Source: an uncultured candidate division Zixibacteria bacterium
GTDB lineage: Bacteria > Zixibacteria > MSB-5A5 > UBA10806 > 4484-95
Direction: 5' to 3'
DNA: 64,000 nt
Assembly: GCA_963668625.2 (NCBI GenBank)
Contig: CAXXKA010000006.1
Coordinates: 32,001 to 96,000, forward strand
In this document: positions 29,201 through 38,274 of the stretch, piece by piece
Numbering within the stretch: the first letter of the stretch is position 1
Layout: every line of letters starts with the position of its first letter
Made by a program: the position numbers and the translations under genes
Notes under the pieces: model-generated
Database searches by the model: none
What the model was told of the DNA's origin: nothing
Seen by the model: the letters and a program-made list of their open reading frames with translations, nothing else

Positions 29201-30290
29201 CGGATATAGCCCTGGTACAATTTATCATGATGATATTCTCGATAGTCAGGAAACCAACGGAGTAATTATGATAATTGAGATTTATACCGTTGTAAGCGCC
29301 AGTTCCATCGATTATCGTACTATCCGTATCGAACGTACCTATTATAGTCAGGCCTTTACCGAACGTGGCGATATCACGGTTGCCCTCTCCGGTATATAGC
29401 CCGGTCGCGATCATTATCGAATCATAATCAACCGCCAGATCGATGCCTTTTTGGATAGTTGCCAGCGGATTAAGCTCCGAACCATCACCCGTCTGATCAT
29501 TACCTGTTGTCGATATATACCATCTCTGCGCCTTAACGGGAGCGGCCGAGCTTGTCCAGCCCGGATCGGCAATGTCGGGACCGACTATGGAACCGAGGTT
29601 TGCCATATGCCCATAAGGTGAAAGATCGTATGCAGTGTCGCCCGTGCCCTCATCCAAACGCCAGTAACCTATAAGTCCGGTTTCGTTACCGCTTAACTTA
29701 TAGTTCATTGACTGCTCTATATCATCATTCGATCTGGATGTTTCCCACAGTCTGATCTCATCGATTCGGTTATTCCAGATATGATCCTGAACCGTATCCT
29801 CGTCATCATCATCCGCCCCGATATACAGATTTCCACCCGAGAAATACTCTATTTCGCCTGAAACCGGCAGCGAATCGACCAGAACTCCGTTAACATATAA
29901 TTTCATATTTTCGTCATCGTAAGTTCCGGCTATATGATTCCATTGGTCGAGGTAGGGGGTGATATCAACGCTCAAATCGTATCTCGTGTGAATCGAGTCA
30001 CCGGATATTGAGATTGAGAAAACTATGGCGTTTTGGGTCGAACTGGCATAAAGGCTATAGGGATTATCGGTATTACCGAGTTTGCTGATTACCGAATGCT
30101 CGGCGTATAAGGTATCGAGAAAAACCCAGGCCTCGAGCGTGAGGGCGTCGATTGGCTCGTAAATCGAATCCGAGTCGCAATCCAGAAAATCATCAAGGCC
30201 GTCGAAATTGAGCGAGTAGTTAATATCAGCGATGCATACGAGCGGCAGCCATAAAATGATTATCGAAATTATTACGATTAAGTTTCTCAT
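26235..30290 (-). CDS. Large secreted multidomain protein: LamG-like, two beta-helix (pectin-lyase-like) modules, C-terminal dockerin-like domain
   Basis: WNHIAGTYD and IDEIRLW (LamG); duplicated Y[IV]STTGND.TGDGS...P.ATI.KGI; GNISxDPxF; GDANCDG..VGADVSYLVSYF / GDSNGDC..IGSDVTYLVQYF. Confidence 0.85.
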   Translation of the reverse strand: MRNLIVIISIIILWLPLVCIADINYSLNFDGLDDFLDCDSDSIYEPIDALTLEAWVFLDTLYAEHSVISKLGNTDNPYSLYASSTQNAIVFSISISGDSIHTRYDLSVDITPYLDQWNHIAGTYDDENMKLYVNGVLVDSLPVSGEIEYFSGGNLYIGADDDDEDTVQDHIWNNRIDEIRLWETSRSNDDIEQSMNYKLSGNETGLIGYWRLDEGTGDTAYDLSPYGHMANLGSIVGPDIADPGWTSSAAPVKAQRWYISTTGNDQTGDGSELNPLATIQKGIDLAVDYDSIMIATGLYTGEGNRDIATFGKGLTIIGTFDTDSTIIDGTGAYNGINLNYHNYSVGFLTIENIIMINCTRAISAIPYLAPYRTISCNNCRFSGNSTVFDWPKGSPILLVDSCMISGNGAMLNEYDSRLTDEDIRLDRDVSFSVSNSQILNNSLVYTDEGYFPHYERFFENCRIEGNYLVFDAGCMVDNCMLENNGTVFYLRSLDHVVISNSTIEGCTYQIGHVGGSSESEAMLNFENCLIFDNVGGIEGAGTEASIRLDSCLYARNTGSIYIEVAWGSFSINHSTLVENYTTPIVSGFAISPFIGNCIIANNAGAGYICLSDTTMINYTITCNDFYDNQAGNFIGIADQVGTNGNISIDPRFCFPDTGNYYLHDISPCSPSNNDCNKLIGRYGTDCIYENRIIYVSTTGNDITGDGSYDLPYATIRKGITRAVDSDTVMLMPGTYTGDGNRDIIVNDRNLVINSISGASGTIIDCEASEHTEEHFGFKFIGSENSSNSITGLSIVNSYNEIIGGNGGAIQTNSVDLSIDNCVFVNNNAFNDGGAVFCLNADVTIKHSFFLSNYSAAGGAIMSGLADITIEDCIFEKNAGVGGGLYASMSDVSIEKSMFYGNTTFGIGGSAICNDRSDINLNKCIIANNVGTTVLIYPQDTLSCYLFMNNSVLSDNDGECLTLNGDSSLFEYQIQYSNLSNNSGGNYVGIPDQTGINGNISTDPLFIGGEPYDYHFQLGSPCIDTGDPLSVLDADNSRADMGIYPFLHGTPLMTELVLPGSEEMIDSLGFLSWLKVPNPYQLDTVFYAIQIDDDSLFLSAEIDADSLASGLSDTVQVAINLIDTLGLLEDNTRYFWRVNALNRFGDQSGHTQSREFYYNPESNPPEPFALYNPENDINRVDYYTYFIWGQSYDIDPMSRFDYTLYLSPDSLFNDYVISYPELIDTSLVLTTDLLAIGGGVIYWRVEAIDDFSLVRQGGMPEPQVRKLTILPPGDANCDGLVVGADVSYLVSYFRGITPPSNPLLAGDSNGDCAVIGSDVTYLVQYFRGVGQPPFRGDCEGGMIIGKIGLEAK

Positions 30291-30539
30291 TCTAATTCCA
30301 CGCCTGTTGCTAATGACTTCATTTTATAAATAAAAAAAACGAAGCTTCGCTTCCGGGACATCCACCCATCCTAATGATACTTAGAATTATTAATTTGTCA
30401 AGAAAAATGTAGATACGGTACAACCTGTTTAAGGCCGGGTGTATGAAAACATCCCAATGCGTTTTTTATTGACGATTGCCGGTCTATGATGTTAATTATA
30501 TATAACAGCTTATCAAAATTCTATCAATGGGGGTGCTAT

Positions 30540-31238
30540 ATGAAAGCTATTGAATCGCTGGTCGATCAGCAGATCAAGCGTTGGGAATTGGAGCGCAGGC
30601 GAATACCGGCATCCGAAAAAAGGTCAACAGTTTCGGTCGAGCCAGGCCCGGTAATAACCATTTCCCGACAACGAGGCTCGGGCGGAAGCCTGGTAGCTTT
30701 ACGGATGGCGGAGTTAACGGGATTCGATCATTTCAACCGGGAGATAATCGATGATATCTCGCATGAGATAGGAATCCAGAAACGCCTGGTCGAGTCTTTG
30801 GATGAGTCGGTTCGTTCGGGATTTCAGTTATGGGTGGATGGTATAATACGAGGGCGAATCATCGATTCCTCGGATTATATGCAAAGCCTGGTAAAAATAA
30901 CCGGAGCTATCATGAAACATGGTAAGGCGATTATTGTCGGTCGTGGCGCGAATTTTATTGCCGAGCCGAAGCTGGCGTTTAATGTCAGAATAGTGGCCAA
31001 TCCTGATTTCAGGGTCGAATCGCTGGTTGCCCGGCGTAAAATGACCCATGAGGAGGCAAAGCAAGAAGTAAAAAGTAATGATGAACTGCGTCAGAAATTC
31101 ATCAAAAACAATTTTGGCAAGGATATAAATGATCCCCTGGTTTACGATATGCTGATAAACAGTACTTATTTTACCGTGGACCAGATAGCAGGTATCATAC
31201 TGGCGAATTACCCGGTGAAATTATCGAATATGAGGTAA
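30540..31238 (+). CDS. Cytidylate kinase-like family protein (Cytidylate_kin2 type)
   Basis: VITISRQRGSGG, IIVGRGANFI, DPLVYDMLINS. Confidence 0.85.
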   Translation: MKAIESLVDQQIKRWELERRRIPASEKRSTVSVEPGPVITISRQRGSGGSLVALRMAELTGFDHFNREIIDDISHEIGIQKRLVESLDESVRSGFQLWVDGIIRGRIIDSSDYMQSLVKITGAIMKHGKAIIVGRGANFIAEPKLAFNVRIVANPDFRVESLVARRKMTHEEAKQEVKSNDELRQKFIKNNFGKDINDPLVYDMLINSTYFTVDQIAGIILANYPVKLSNMR

Positions 31239-31239
31239 T

Positions 31240-31270
31240 AAAAAAAGGGTTTAGTAAATTACTAAACCCT
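31240..31270 (-). terminator. Rho-independent terminator for the minus-strand small ORF
   Basis: Minus strand AGGGTTTAGTAA-t-TTACTAAACCCT followed by a T-run. Confidence 0.75.
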
Positions 31271-31322
31271 GATCGTGCTGCAGCTAAGAATCGCGCTGAA
31301 TTCAGCGATATATCGTTGATCC

Positions 31323-31433
31323 TTAACGAGCGACTTTTCTGGTGTAACCTTTCACTCTGATTCTCTTGCCATTGGGAAGAGTACGAGTGTAGCCTTTTAC
31401 ACGCTGTCTTTTGGCGGCTTTTCTGCGAGGCAT
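31323..31433 (-). CDS. Small very basic protein (36 aa), below the ORF track cutoff
   Basis: MPRRKAAKRQRVKGYTRTLPNGKRIRVKGYTRKVAR; RBS AGGAGG 6 nt upstream; RVKGYTR repeated with synonymous codon differences; own terminator. Confidence 0.8.
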   Translation of the reverse strand: MPRRKAAKRQRVKGYTRTLPNGKRIRVKGYTRKVAR

Positions 31434-31640
31434 TTAGACCTCCTGATTTAGATTAAGTGTTAGGTTTAGTAATTCACATTAATCTTATCGGACGGATTAG
31501 TATCAATATTAGTTTACATTAGCAATTTATTTAATATTTGTTACGCCTGATATTTAGCGAAATCAGAAACGAAAACATGCTGAATTTAGTTTACTAGGGA
31601 AAGATATTTAACACCGGTATCAGTAATAGAGGAGAGAATA

Positions 31641-32084
31641 ATGAAAGTATCAGACCTGTTGAAAAAGAAAGGCTCCGGAGTTTATACGATCGAAAGCCAC
31701 AGCACCATGAATGAAACACTGAAATACATGCTCGATAATAAGGTCGGTTCACTGGTTGTCATAGATTCCGTCCACAGCCCGATTGGGATTATCACAGAAC
31801 GTGATATCCTGAGAATCGTGCAGACCCGGGCGGGAGAGGAGTGGCGTAAGATGGCTGTCAGTGAATTTATGACCAAAGATATCCTAATCGGCGTGCCCTC
31901 GGATGATATCGATTATATCATGGCTATGATGACAGAAAACCGATTCCGTCACGTACCGATAATGTCGGAGGCCAAGCTGGTCGGTTTAATCTCGATCGGT
32001 GATATCGTTAAATCCATGCTGAAAGATATCAAGATGGAGAACCGCCATCTGGAGGATTATATTGCCGGAAAATACCCAGCCTGA
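31641..32084 (+). CDS. CBS-domain pair protein
   Basis: VGSLVV, GIITERD, FRHVP, VGLISIGD; RBS AGGAG. Confidence 0.9.
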   Translation: MKVSDLLKKKGSGVYTIESHSTMNETLKYMLDNKVGSLVVIDSVHSPIGIITERDILRIVQTRAGEEWRKMAVSEFMTKDILIGVPSDDIDYIMAMMTENRFRHVPIMSEAKLVGLISIGDIVKSMLKDIKMENRHLEDYIAGKYPA

Positions 32085-32244
32085 ACAGCACGATGATGCT
32101 CCAGCTACAGATTGATAATAACATTTAAGTAAATTTCGACTTCGATTCCATGGGATGCCTCAGTGCATCCCATGGCTATTTTATGGAAAGTCATTGAATA
32201 TCCCTCGGACGAGAAGTATATTATTCACATACCAAGGAGGAATA

Positions 32245-33438
32245 ATGCTCAATTTTAAATTCGTGCTTCCCACGAAAATCATATTCGGCGCCGGTGAAAT
32301 AAGCAAACTCGGCAAAGAGGCAAAATCTATCGGCAGTAAGCCGCTAATCGTGACCGGCAAAAGCTCTATGCGTAAAACCGGTATATTGGACAGGGTGTTG
32401 AATTACCTGGGGGATGAGGGTATTACGGCCGTGTTGTTCGAGAAAATAGAACCTAATCCTCGGGCCGCAACAGTCGATATGGCCGGAGCTATCGCCCGGG
32501 ATAAAGGCTGTGATATGATAATCGGCCTTGGCGGTGGCTCTCCCATGGATGCCGCTAAAGCTATCGCGGTAGTGGCCAAATCGAAAAGGCCGGTATGGGA
32601 TCATATTTACTCCGGCGAGGGCGAGACATTCATCCCGGTTACCGAGGCGTTGCCCATTGTATGCATTCCGACGATCGCGGCTACCGGCAGCGAGGCAGAC
32701 TCCGGCGGCGTGATATCCAACGAGGCGACCAACGAAAAAGCCGGCATATTCGGGCCGTCGCTTTTCCCGAAATTCTCGATTGTCGATCCCGAATTGACCG
32801 TGACCTGCCCGGCGGATTACACCATCGACGGCGGTATCGATATCATGTCGCATGTGCTCGAAACGTATTTTACCAGTACCTCCAACGCTTATCTTCAGGA
32901 TAGATTCGCCGAATCGATCTGCCGTACGGTAATGGCATACCTGCCGACAGCGGCGAAACATCCTGATAATATCGAGGCTCGTTCGCATCTCTCCTGGTGT
33001 TCCACGATGGCGCTTTCAGGGATCGTTAACCTCGGTCGTGGCGGCAATTTCCCGCTTCATGCGCTGGAACACGCGGTATCGGGGTATTACGATATCTCGC
33101 ACGGCCGCGGCCTGGCTTTACTGCTGCCGGCACTGATGGATTACACCGCGCCGGCTCGACCCGAAAAGTATGTCGAGATGGGAATTAACATACTCGGTAT
33201 GAGTTTCGCGACCGAGTCGACAGAGGATGCAGCCGCGCTAAGTATCGATGCCATGAAAGGCTTTTTAGCCTCGGTGGGCCGTCATCTACGGTTCTCCGAC
33301 CTGGGCATCGGCGATGAGAAATTCGAGGCTATGGCGGATGATACGATCAGGATATACGGTCGGGGCAAGCAATTTCTGGATAATCCCCGCCCCATTGACA
33401 GAGCCGGGATACTGGAGATATTCGGTAATTCGCTGTAG
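32245..33438 (+). CDS. Iron-containing alcohol dehydrogenase (butanol dehydrogenase-like)
   Basis: PTKIIFG, EPNP, GGGSPMDAAK, PTIAATGSE, HALEH, HGRGLA; RBS AAGGAGG. Confidence 0.92.
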   Translation: MLNFKFVLPTKIIFGAGEISKLGKEAKSIGSKPLIVTGKSSMRKTGILDRVLNYLGDEGITAVLFEKIEPNPRAATVDMAGAIARDKGCDMIIGLGGGSPMDAAKAIAVVAKSKRPVWDHIYSGEGETFIPVTEALPIVCIPTIAATGSEADSGGVISNEATNEKAGIFGPSLFPKFSIVDPELTVTCPADYTIDGGIDIMSHVLETYFTSTSNAYLQDRFAESICRTVMAYLPTAAKHPDNIEARSHLSWCSTMALSGIVNLGRGGNFPLHALEHAVSGYYDISHGRGLALLLPALMDYTAPARPEKYVEMGINILGMSFATESTEDAAALSIDAMKGFLASVGRHLRFSDLGIGDEKFEAMADDTIRIYGRGKQFLDNPRPIDRAGILEIFGNSL

Positions 33439-33566
33439 GAAATCAGTTTAATAATATCCCAGGCCGTGAATATGAAAGTGATTTGTAGAAAATAATACCA
33501 CTATAGCGAAGCTAATAATACTTTATTAGACAGAATCGAATAATCGAAACGGTTAGCCCAGCATCT

Positions 33567-33950
33567 TTACGAAACCGTTTCGGTTACCGAATCGTTATCG
33601 ACTTTGGCGTACTTCTGGATCGTGTGTTTCAGCTCCGATAAGTCCGGCGATTTGATTACGTAATCATCAGCTATCCAGCTCGAGAAATTGGCTTTGTAAG
33701 TAGAATAGGCCGAATTGAGAATTACCGGCAGATCGACGCGATGGTTTTTGATCTGCTCCAGCACCTCGAGTCCTTCAATCCCCTCCAGACGAATATCGAG
33801 TACCACCACATCCGGATTAGTAGCTTTGATCTGATCGAGCACCAGACGGCCATCGGCTATGCCGATTACATCATGACCGTCCTCCTCCAACTCGTTTTTG
33901 TATAGCTCCAGAAGATATTTTTCATCCTCCACAACTAAAACTTTGCACAT
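33567..33950 (-). CDS. Single-domain response regulator
   Basis: VVEDE, VVLDI (phospho-Asp), LNSAY, YVIK. Confidence 0.92.
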   Translation of the reverse strand: MCKVLVVEDEKYLLELYKNELEEDGHDVIGIADGRLVLDQIKATNPDVVVLDIRLEGIEGLEVLEQIKNHRVDLPVILNSAYSTYKANFSSWIADDYVIKSPDLSELKHTIQKYAKVDNDSVTETVS

Positions 33951-33998
33951 AAACTACCTCCTTCATGTTTTATGCCGCCCTTTTAATTTATCCCCTCA

Positions 33999-35669
33999 CT
34001 AATCGTCAAGCGAAGTCTGCTCCGCGGGGAGCTTTATCGAAAAAACCGAGCCTTTGCCCCGGCTGGAAGCCACATTAATGTATCCGCCATGGTCATCGAT
34101 AATTTTCTTTGAAACCGGTAAACCAAGGCCTGTTCCTCGATTTTTAGTAGTATAGAACAGATTGAACAAATTTGCAAGTCCTGAATTGTCGATTCCGTGA
34201 CCCGTGTCACTTATTTCCAGCACTACGTACTCTTTCTGCTGTATTGTTTTCACGGTCAGCTTGCCGCCGTTTCCCATGGCATCCACGGCGTTGTCAACGA
34301 TATTCAAGACTACCTGCTTCAATCTCTCCGGATCGGCTTTTATTTTCAATGACTTCTTACTTAACTTCCTATCTGTTTCAACTCCAAATGAGCTCAATTT
34401 GTTCTTCAATTGCTCCAATGAATCGTTAACGACATTATTTATATTACAACTCTTGATATTAAGTTTCGAGCTTCTCGAATATTCCAGAATTTCCGAGGTG
34501 ATATTGGAAAGTCTGTCGACCTCCTCGATAATCACTTTCACCATTTTCATATCGAATTTGTCAGTGCCGAACGTTTTAAATAACCGCCTGGCATAGCCAC
34601 CGATAGTGACCAATGGTATCCTGAATTCGTGAGCGATTTTAGTTGCCAACGTGCCGATGTCGGCCAGTCTCTCGTGACGGACGAGATATGCCTCGTTCTC
34701 CTTGATCAACTCGTTCATGTGTTCGAGTTGCTTGATCTTGATATATAGCTGATTGTGCAAAATAGCGTTTTGCAGTCCCGGCGCGCAGGCGTTGGCCAGC
34801 GATTTTAACGCCTCCAGCATCTCCGGAGTAACATCAAGGTTGGTGATGGCGTTATCGGCAATTACGATACCGAGAGGCTTACCCTCGGAGATAAGTGGTA
34901 CGATGGCGATGCGATTAGCGCTGGGCCACCATGAGAAGTCGATATCGGTGAATTGACCGACAGAGATATCGATTAGCTTTTCTTTCAGATCGTGTATGGT
35001 CTGAAGAAAGGGGTGCTCGGTTTCGGACGCCGTGATAATCACCTTATTGACCAATGTCTCGACAGCGCAGGGGATGAACTCATCCTCGATAAGAATCTCC
35101 TCCAGCAGGCGGTCAATCGGGATACGGGATATCTCCTCCCAAATCCTGCCTGCCTCCTCGAAATTCTCCGGGCCTATGGCACATTTGCCCTCGAGACTAC
35201 CTGTTTTGCCGTTATAGAGGAACACCGCCGCCCGATTGAATTTGAAAGCATCACCGGAGGTTGCGCCGGTTAAGATAATCCGCAGGCTCTTTTCGAGGCT
35301 GTCGCTTCTGGCTAATGTATCCGTGATATACTTTAACAAACTTAACTGATTTAAGCTCTGCTTGAGTTGATCGGCGGTTTCCTGAAGCCTTTGTTTTTTC
35401 AGGGATAGCTGCTCGAGTAGCTTAATCACAGTAGCCATAATGGCCTGATCGGCGGCTCGCCTACCGAAACCCCTCTCGGCTATTTTAGAGAATATCTCAC
35501 ACTGGTCGCATATCGCTATATCATCCTGGATGTTATCGCTGCCATCAATTATAGCCTGACTATTTTCGGGGTGTATAAGGGCCGATATCCAGCAAAGCTT
35601 ACCCATATATTTGGGGTGCCTGCATATAGCGTTATTATCCATTAGATCCTCTGTGTTTTGCTGATTCAT
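33999..35669 (-). CDS. Cytoplasmic GAF sensor histidine kinase
   Basis: GAF region (FNRAAVFL, IVPLIS, ADN); AHEFRIP H-box; NAVDA, DTGHG, FYTTK, GTGLGL. Confidence 0.92.
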   Translation of the reverse strand: MNQQNTEDLMDNNAICRHPKYMGKLCWISALIHPENSQAIIDGSDNIQDDIAICDQCEIFSKIAERGFGRRAADQAIMATVIKLLEQLSLKKQRLQETADQLKQSLNQLSLLKYITDTLARSDSLEKSLRIILTGATSGDAFKFNRAAVFLYNGKTGSLEGKCAIGPENFEEAGRIWEEISRIPIDRLLEEILIEDEFIPCAVETLVNKVIITASETEHPFLQTIHDLKEKLIDISVGQFTDIDFSWWPSANRIAIVPLISEGKPLGIVIADNAITNLDVTPEMLEALKSLANACAPGLQNAILHNQLYIKIKQLEHMNELIKENEAYLVRHERLADIGTLATKIAHEFRIPLVTIGGYARRLFKTFGTDKFDMKMVKVIIEEVDRLSNITSEILEYSRSSKLNIKSCNINNVVNDSLEQLKNKLSSFGVETDRKLSKKSLKIKADPERLKQVVLNIVDNAVDAMGNGGKLTVKTIQQKEYVVLEISDTGHGIDNSGLANLFNLFYTTKNRGTGLGLPVSKKIIDDHGGYINVASSRGKGSVFSIKLPAEQTSLDD

Positions 35670-35751
35670 ATGTATGATAATAGGTAGATATATGAGATGT
35701 CAACTATTTTCATATTGACAACGACAATTGAGGAATCTAAAATAATGAACT

Positions 35752-36582
35752 ATGGATAAAATTAACAAACATGTTATCAGATTGGCCTATGAGGAGGATG
35801 TTAGAAACGGCGATATCACCTCGCTGGCGACCATAAAACGAACCGAAAGCGGTAAAGCCTACATCGTGGCGAAATCGGAGGGTGTACTTTCCGGCGTTGA
35901 GCCGTTTACCTATGCCATGGGATTATCCTCGAAAAAAATCAAGATCGATTTCAAAGTAATGGACGGCGGAAAATACAAACCCGGCAAGAAACTGGTTACG
36001 ATAGAAGGGCCGTCCCAGGCGATGCTGCGTGGTGAACGCCTGGCGCTGAACTTGATTTCTCATCTTTCGGGTGTAGCTACGCTGACCGCACGATTCGTGG
36101 CAAAAGTAAAAGGCACTAAAACAAAAGTACTCGATACCAGGAAGACCACTCCCGGCCTTCGCGTGATGGAGAAGGCGGCCGTACTGCACGGCGGTGGAGC
36201 AAACCATCGCATGGGGCTTTATGATATGGTGCTAATCAAGGATAATCATATCGCGGCGGTCGGAGGTGTCGATAAGGCGCTCGAGCGTGTGGCCGGCTTG
36301 AAATGTAAGATCGAGATAGAGGTTTCCGATTTGGCTGAATTGGAGATAGCGGCGCATTACTCACCTGATATTATCATGCTGGATAATTTCACCACAGCCA
36401 ACATGAAAAAAGCGGTGAGCTATATCAGGTCGCTTCGTAAAGGTATAAAGCTCGAGGTGTCCGGTGGTGTGAATCTCAGTAATATAAGCAGCTACGCGAA
36501 AACAGGCGTCGATTTCATCTCTATCGGAGCCCTGACCCATTCTGCACCGGCGGCTGATTTTTCGATGAAGTATATTCAATGA
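35752..36582 (+). CDS. nadC: Nicotinate-nucleotide diphosphorylase (carboxylating)
   Basis: ED...GDITS, ERLALN, DTRKTTPG, NHRMGL, IKDNH, MLDN, SGGV, GALTHSA. Confidence 0.96.
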   Translation: MDKINKHVIRLAYEEDVRNGDITSLATIKRTESGKAYIVAKSEGVLSGVEPFTYAMGLSSKKIKIDFKVMDGGKYKPGKKLVTIEGPSQAMLRGERLALNLISHLSGVATLTARFVAKVKGTKTKVLDTRKTTPGLRVMEKAAVLHGGGANHRMGLYDMVLIKDNHIAAVGGVDKALERVAGLKCKIEIEVSDLAELEIAAHYSPDIIMLDNFTTANMKKAVSYIRSLRKGIKLEVSGGVNLSNISSYAKTGVDFISIGALTHSAPAADFSMKYIQ

Positions 36583-37577
36583 ACCAGCAGGTATACGAGG
36601 GCAAACCGGGACGAGCCGTAGATATCCTGGTACTGCTCAAGCGACACACCGATGAGTTTTTATCCTCGCGGGATATTGCCGAGGCTTTGAGTATCACTCG
36701 TAATAATGTCTATGATGCTATCGCTTACCTGCGGGAAAGCGGTTACGATATCGAAGCCAATCGTCGCGAGGGCTACAAGTTAATAAATATTCCCGATCTG
36801 CTTTCACCCGTGGAAATCGTCTCCGGTCTTCATACCCGTGAATTGGGCTACCGAGTTTATTCGTACAACACAGTTGGTTCAACCAATGATCTGGCGCACG
36901 ATCTCGCGAAATCTGGCTTTCCCCAGGGTACCCTGGTAGTCGCCGATTCGCAAACCCGAGGAAAGGGGCGTCTTGGCCGTCAATGGCATTCGCCAAGCGG
37001 CAAAGGATTGTATTTCAGCTTGATCGTCAGGCCGGAAATTCCACCGGATAGAATCGCGGGACTATCATTGGTAACTGGACTGGCGGTTATTCGAGCTATC
37101 AAAAAACTTTCAGGTATCGAAACCCAGGCCAAGTGGCCTAATGATGTACTGTATAAATCGAGGAAACTGGCCGGCGTGCTGGTTGAGATGGCCGCCGAAC
37201 TTGATCGGATCGACTATCTGATTATCGGCTGCGGCGTAAACGTGAAACATTTAAGGAAGGATTTCCCGTTTGGCCTTCAGATGAAAGCTACCTCTTTAAA
37301 AATGATTACGAAAAAGGATATATCCCGCGTTAACCTTCTGCAGGTTATATTAAAAGAGTTCGAAAGTCTGTATGATAATTTCATAGCGCATGGCTTTAAT
37401 TATGTGCGTGAGGAATTGGTCAACTGCTCGGCTATTATCGGCAAGCGTATTACACTACGTGTTGGCAAAACGAAAATCATAGGTAAAGTAACGGGTTTTG
37501 ATGATCTGGGGCAATTAGTAGTAAAAAGCAAAAAAGGTTTGATGTCGTATCCCGGCGGCGAGGTTATTCTTCATTAA
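36579..37577 (+). CDS. birA: Bifunctional biotin ligase/repressor
   Basis: N-terminal HTH; STND, QTRGKGRLGRQW, KWPND, KLAGVL. Confidence 0.95.
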   Translation: MNQQVYEGKPGRAVDILVLLKRHTDEFLSSRDIAEALSITRNNVYDAIAYLRESGYDIEANRREGYKLINIPDLLSPVEIVSGLHTRELGYRVYSYNTVGSTNDLAHDLAKSGFPQGTLVVADSQTRGKGRLGRQWHSPSGKGLYFSLIVRPEIPPDRIAGLSLVTGLAVIRAIKKLSGIETQAKWPNDVLYKSRKLAGVLVEMAAELDRIDYLIIGCGVNVKHLRKDFPFGLQMKATSLKMITKKDISRVNLLQVILKEFESLYDNFIAHGFNYVREELVNCSAIIGKRITLRVGKTKIIGKVTGFDDLGQLVVKSKKGLMSYPGGEVILH

Positions 37578-38139
37578 TATCGTTATGGAAAATATTAGGT
37601 CTTTTTCTTTTTACGAATCCCCTGAATAAAATCACTGCTCCAATGATTATCAGTACTATCGGCCATACTTTCAAGCCGCCAATCGCTATCAAGTACAGCA
37701 CGAAAGATATGATAGAAAGCACCTTGATTGCCGAAAGCAGGTCTTTTTTCTGTTGAGGATTTTCTTTCGAGCCGAATTTATACATCGAGGCGAGTGATAT
37801 TACTATCGCGAATAAGAATGTCGGCCACAGATAGCGCATTGCCCGCCAACCGATAAAATTATTTATAGTGAACAGCAGGCCGAGGATGATCAGGTAAGTG
37901 CCGGGGAAAAGCATGCCCTCGTAACCGGGAGGTTTTTGCGAGCGAAGGAAATAAGCGGCATAGAATATCAGCCCGCCGGCTACCAGAAACAGCGGCCAAA
38001 AATCCGATATAAACCATTCGCCCATCAATTGGGCCATCAGCCAGATAGCGCCTAAGGTGATAAATAGTATGCCGATTACCAGTTGGCCCGGTTTAGGCCA
38101 TCTGTTCTTTATAATTTCCGGAGTATTGGGGTCATTCAT
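37564..38139 (-). CDS. Membrane protein (LiaF/DUF5668-like TM repeats)
   Basis: Repeated WPxxLxxxG helices (FWPLFL, LWPTFL, VWPIVL). Confidence 0.7.
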   Translation of the reverse strand: MNDPNTPEIIKNRWPKPGQLVIGILFITLGAIWLMAQLMGEWFISDFWPLFLVAGGLIFYAAYFLRSQKPPGYEGMLFPGTYLIILGLLFTINNFIGWRAMRYLWPTFLFAIVISLASMYKFGSKENPQQKKDLLSAIKVLSIISFVLYLIAIGGLKVWPIVLIIIGAVILFRGFVKRKRPNIFHNDINEE

Positions 38140-38274
38140 ATTTATATTATCGAATCTATCGGGTAAACATTCAAGCCTTTTTTATAGAATGGCTGTTTTA
38201 TTGACAAAGATCAATCAATGAACTAAAATATTGACCGAAATGTACAACAAAGTTCAACCGGGAAGGATAACAAG

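Noticed and set aside
32344-32988. 214-aa minus-strand ORF
   Set aside because: Antisense shadow of the alcohol dehydrogenase gene.
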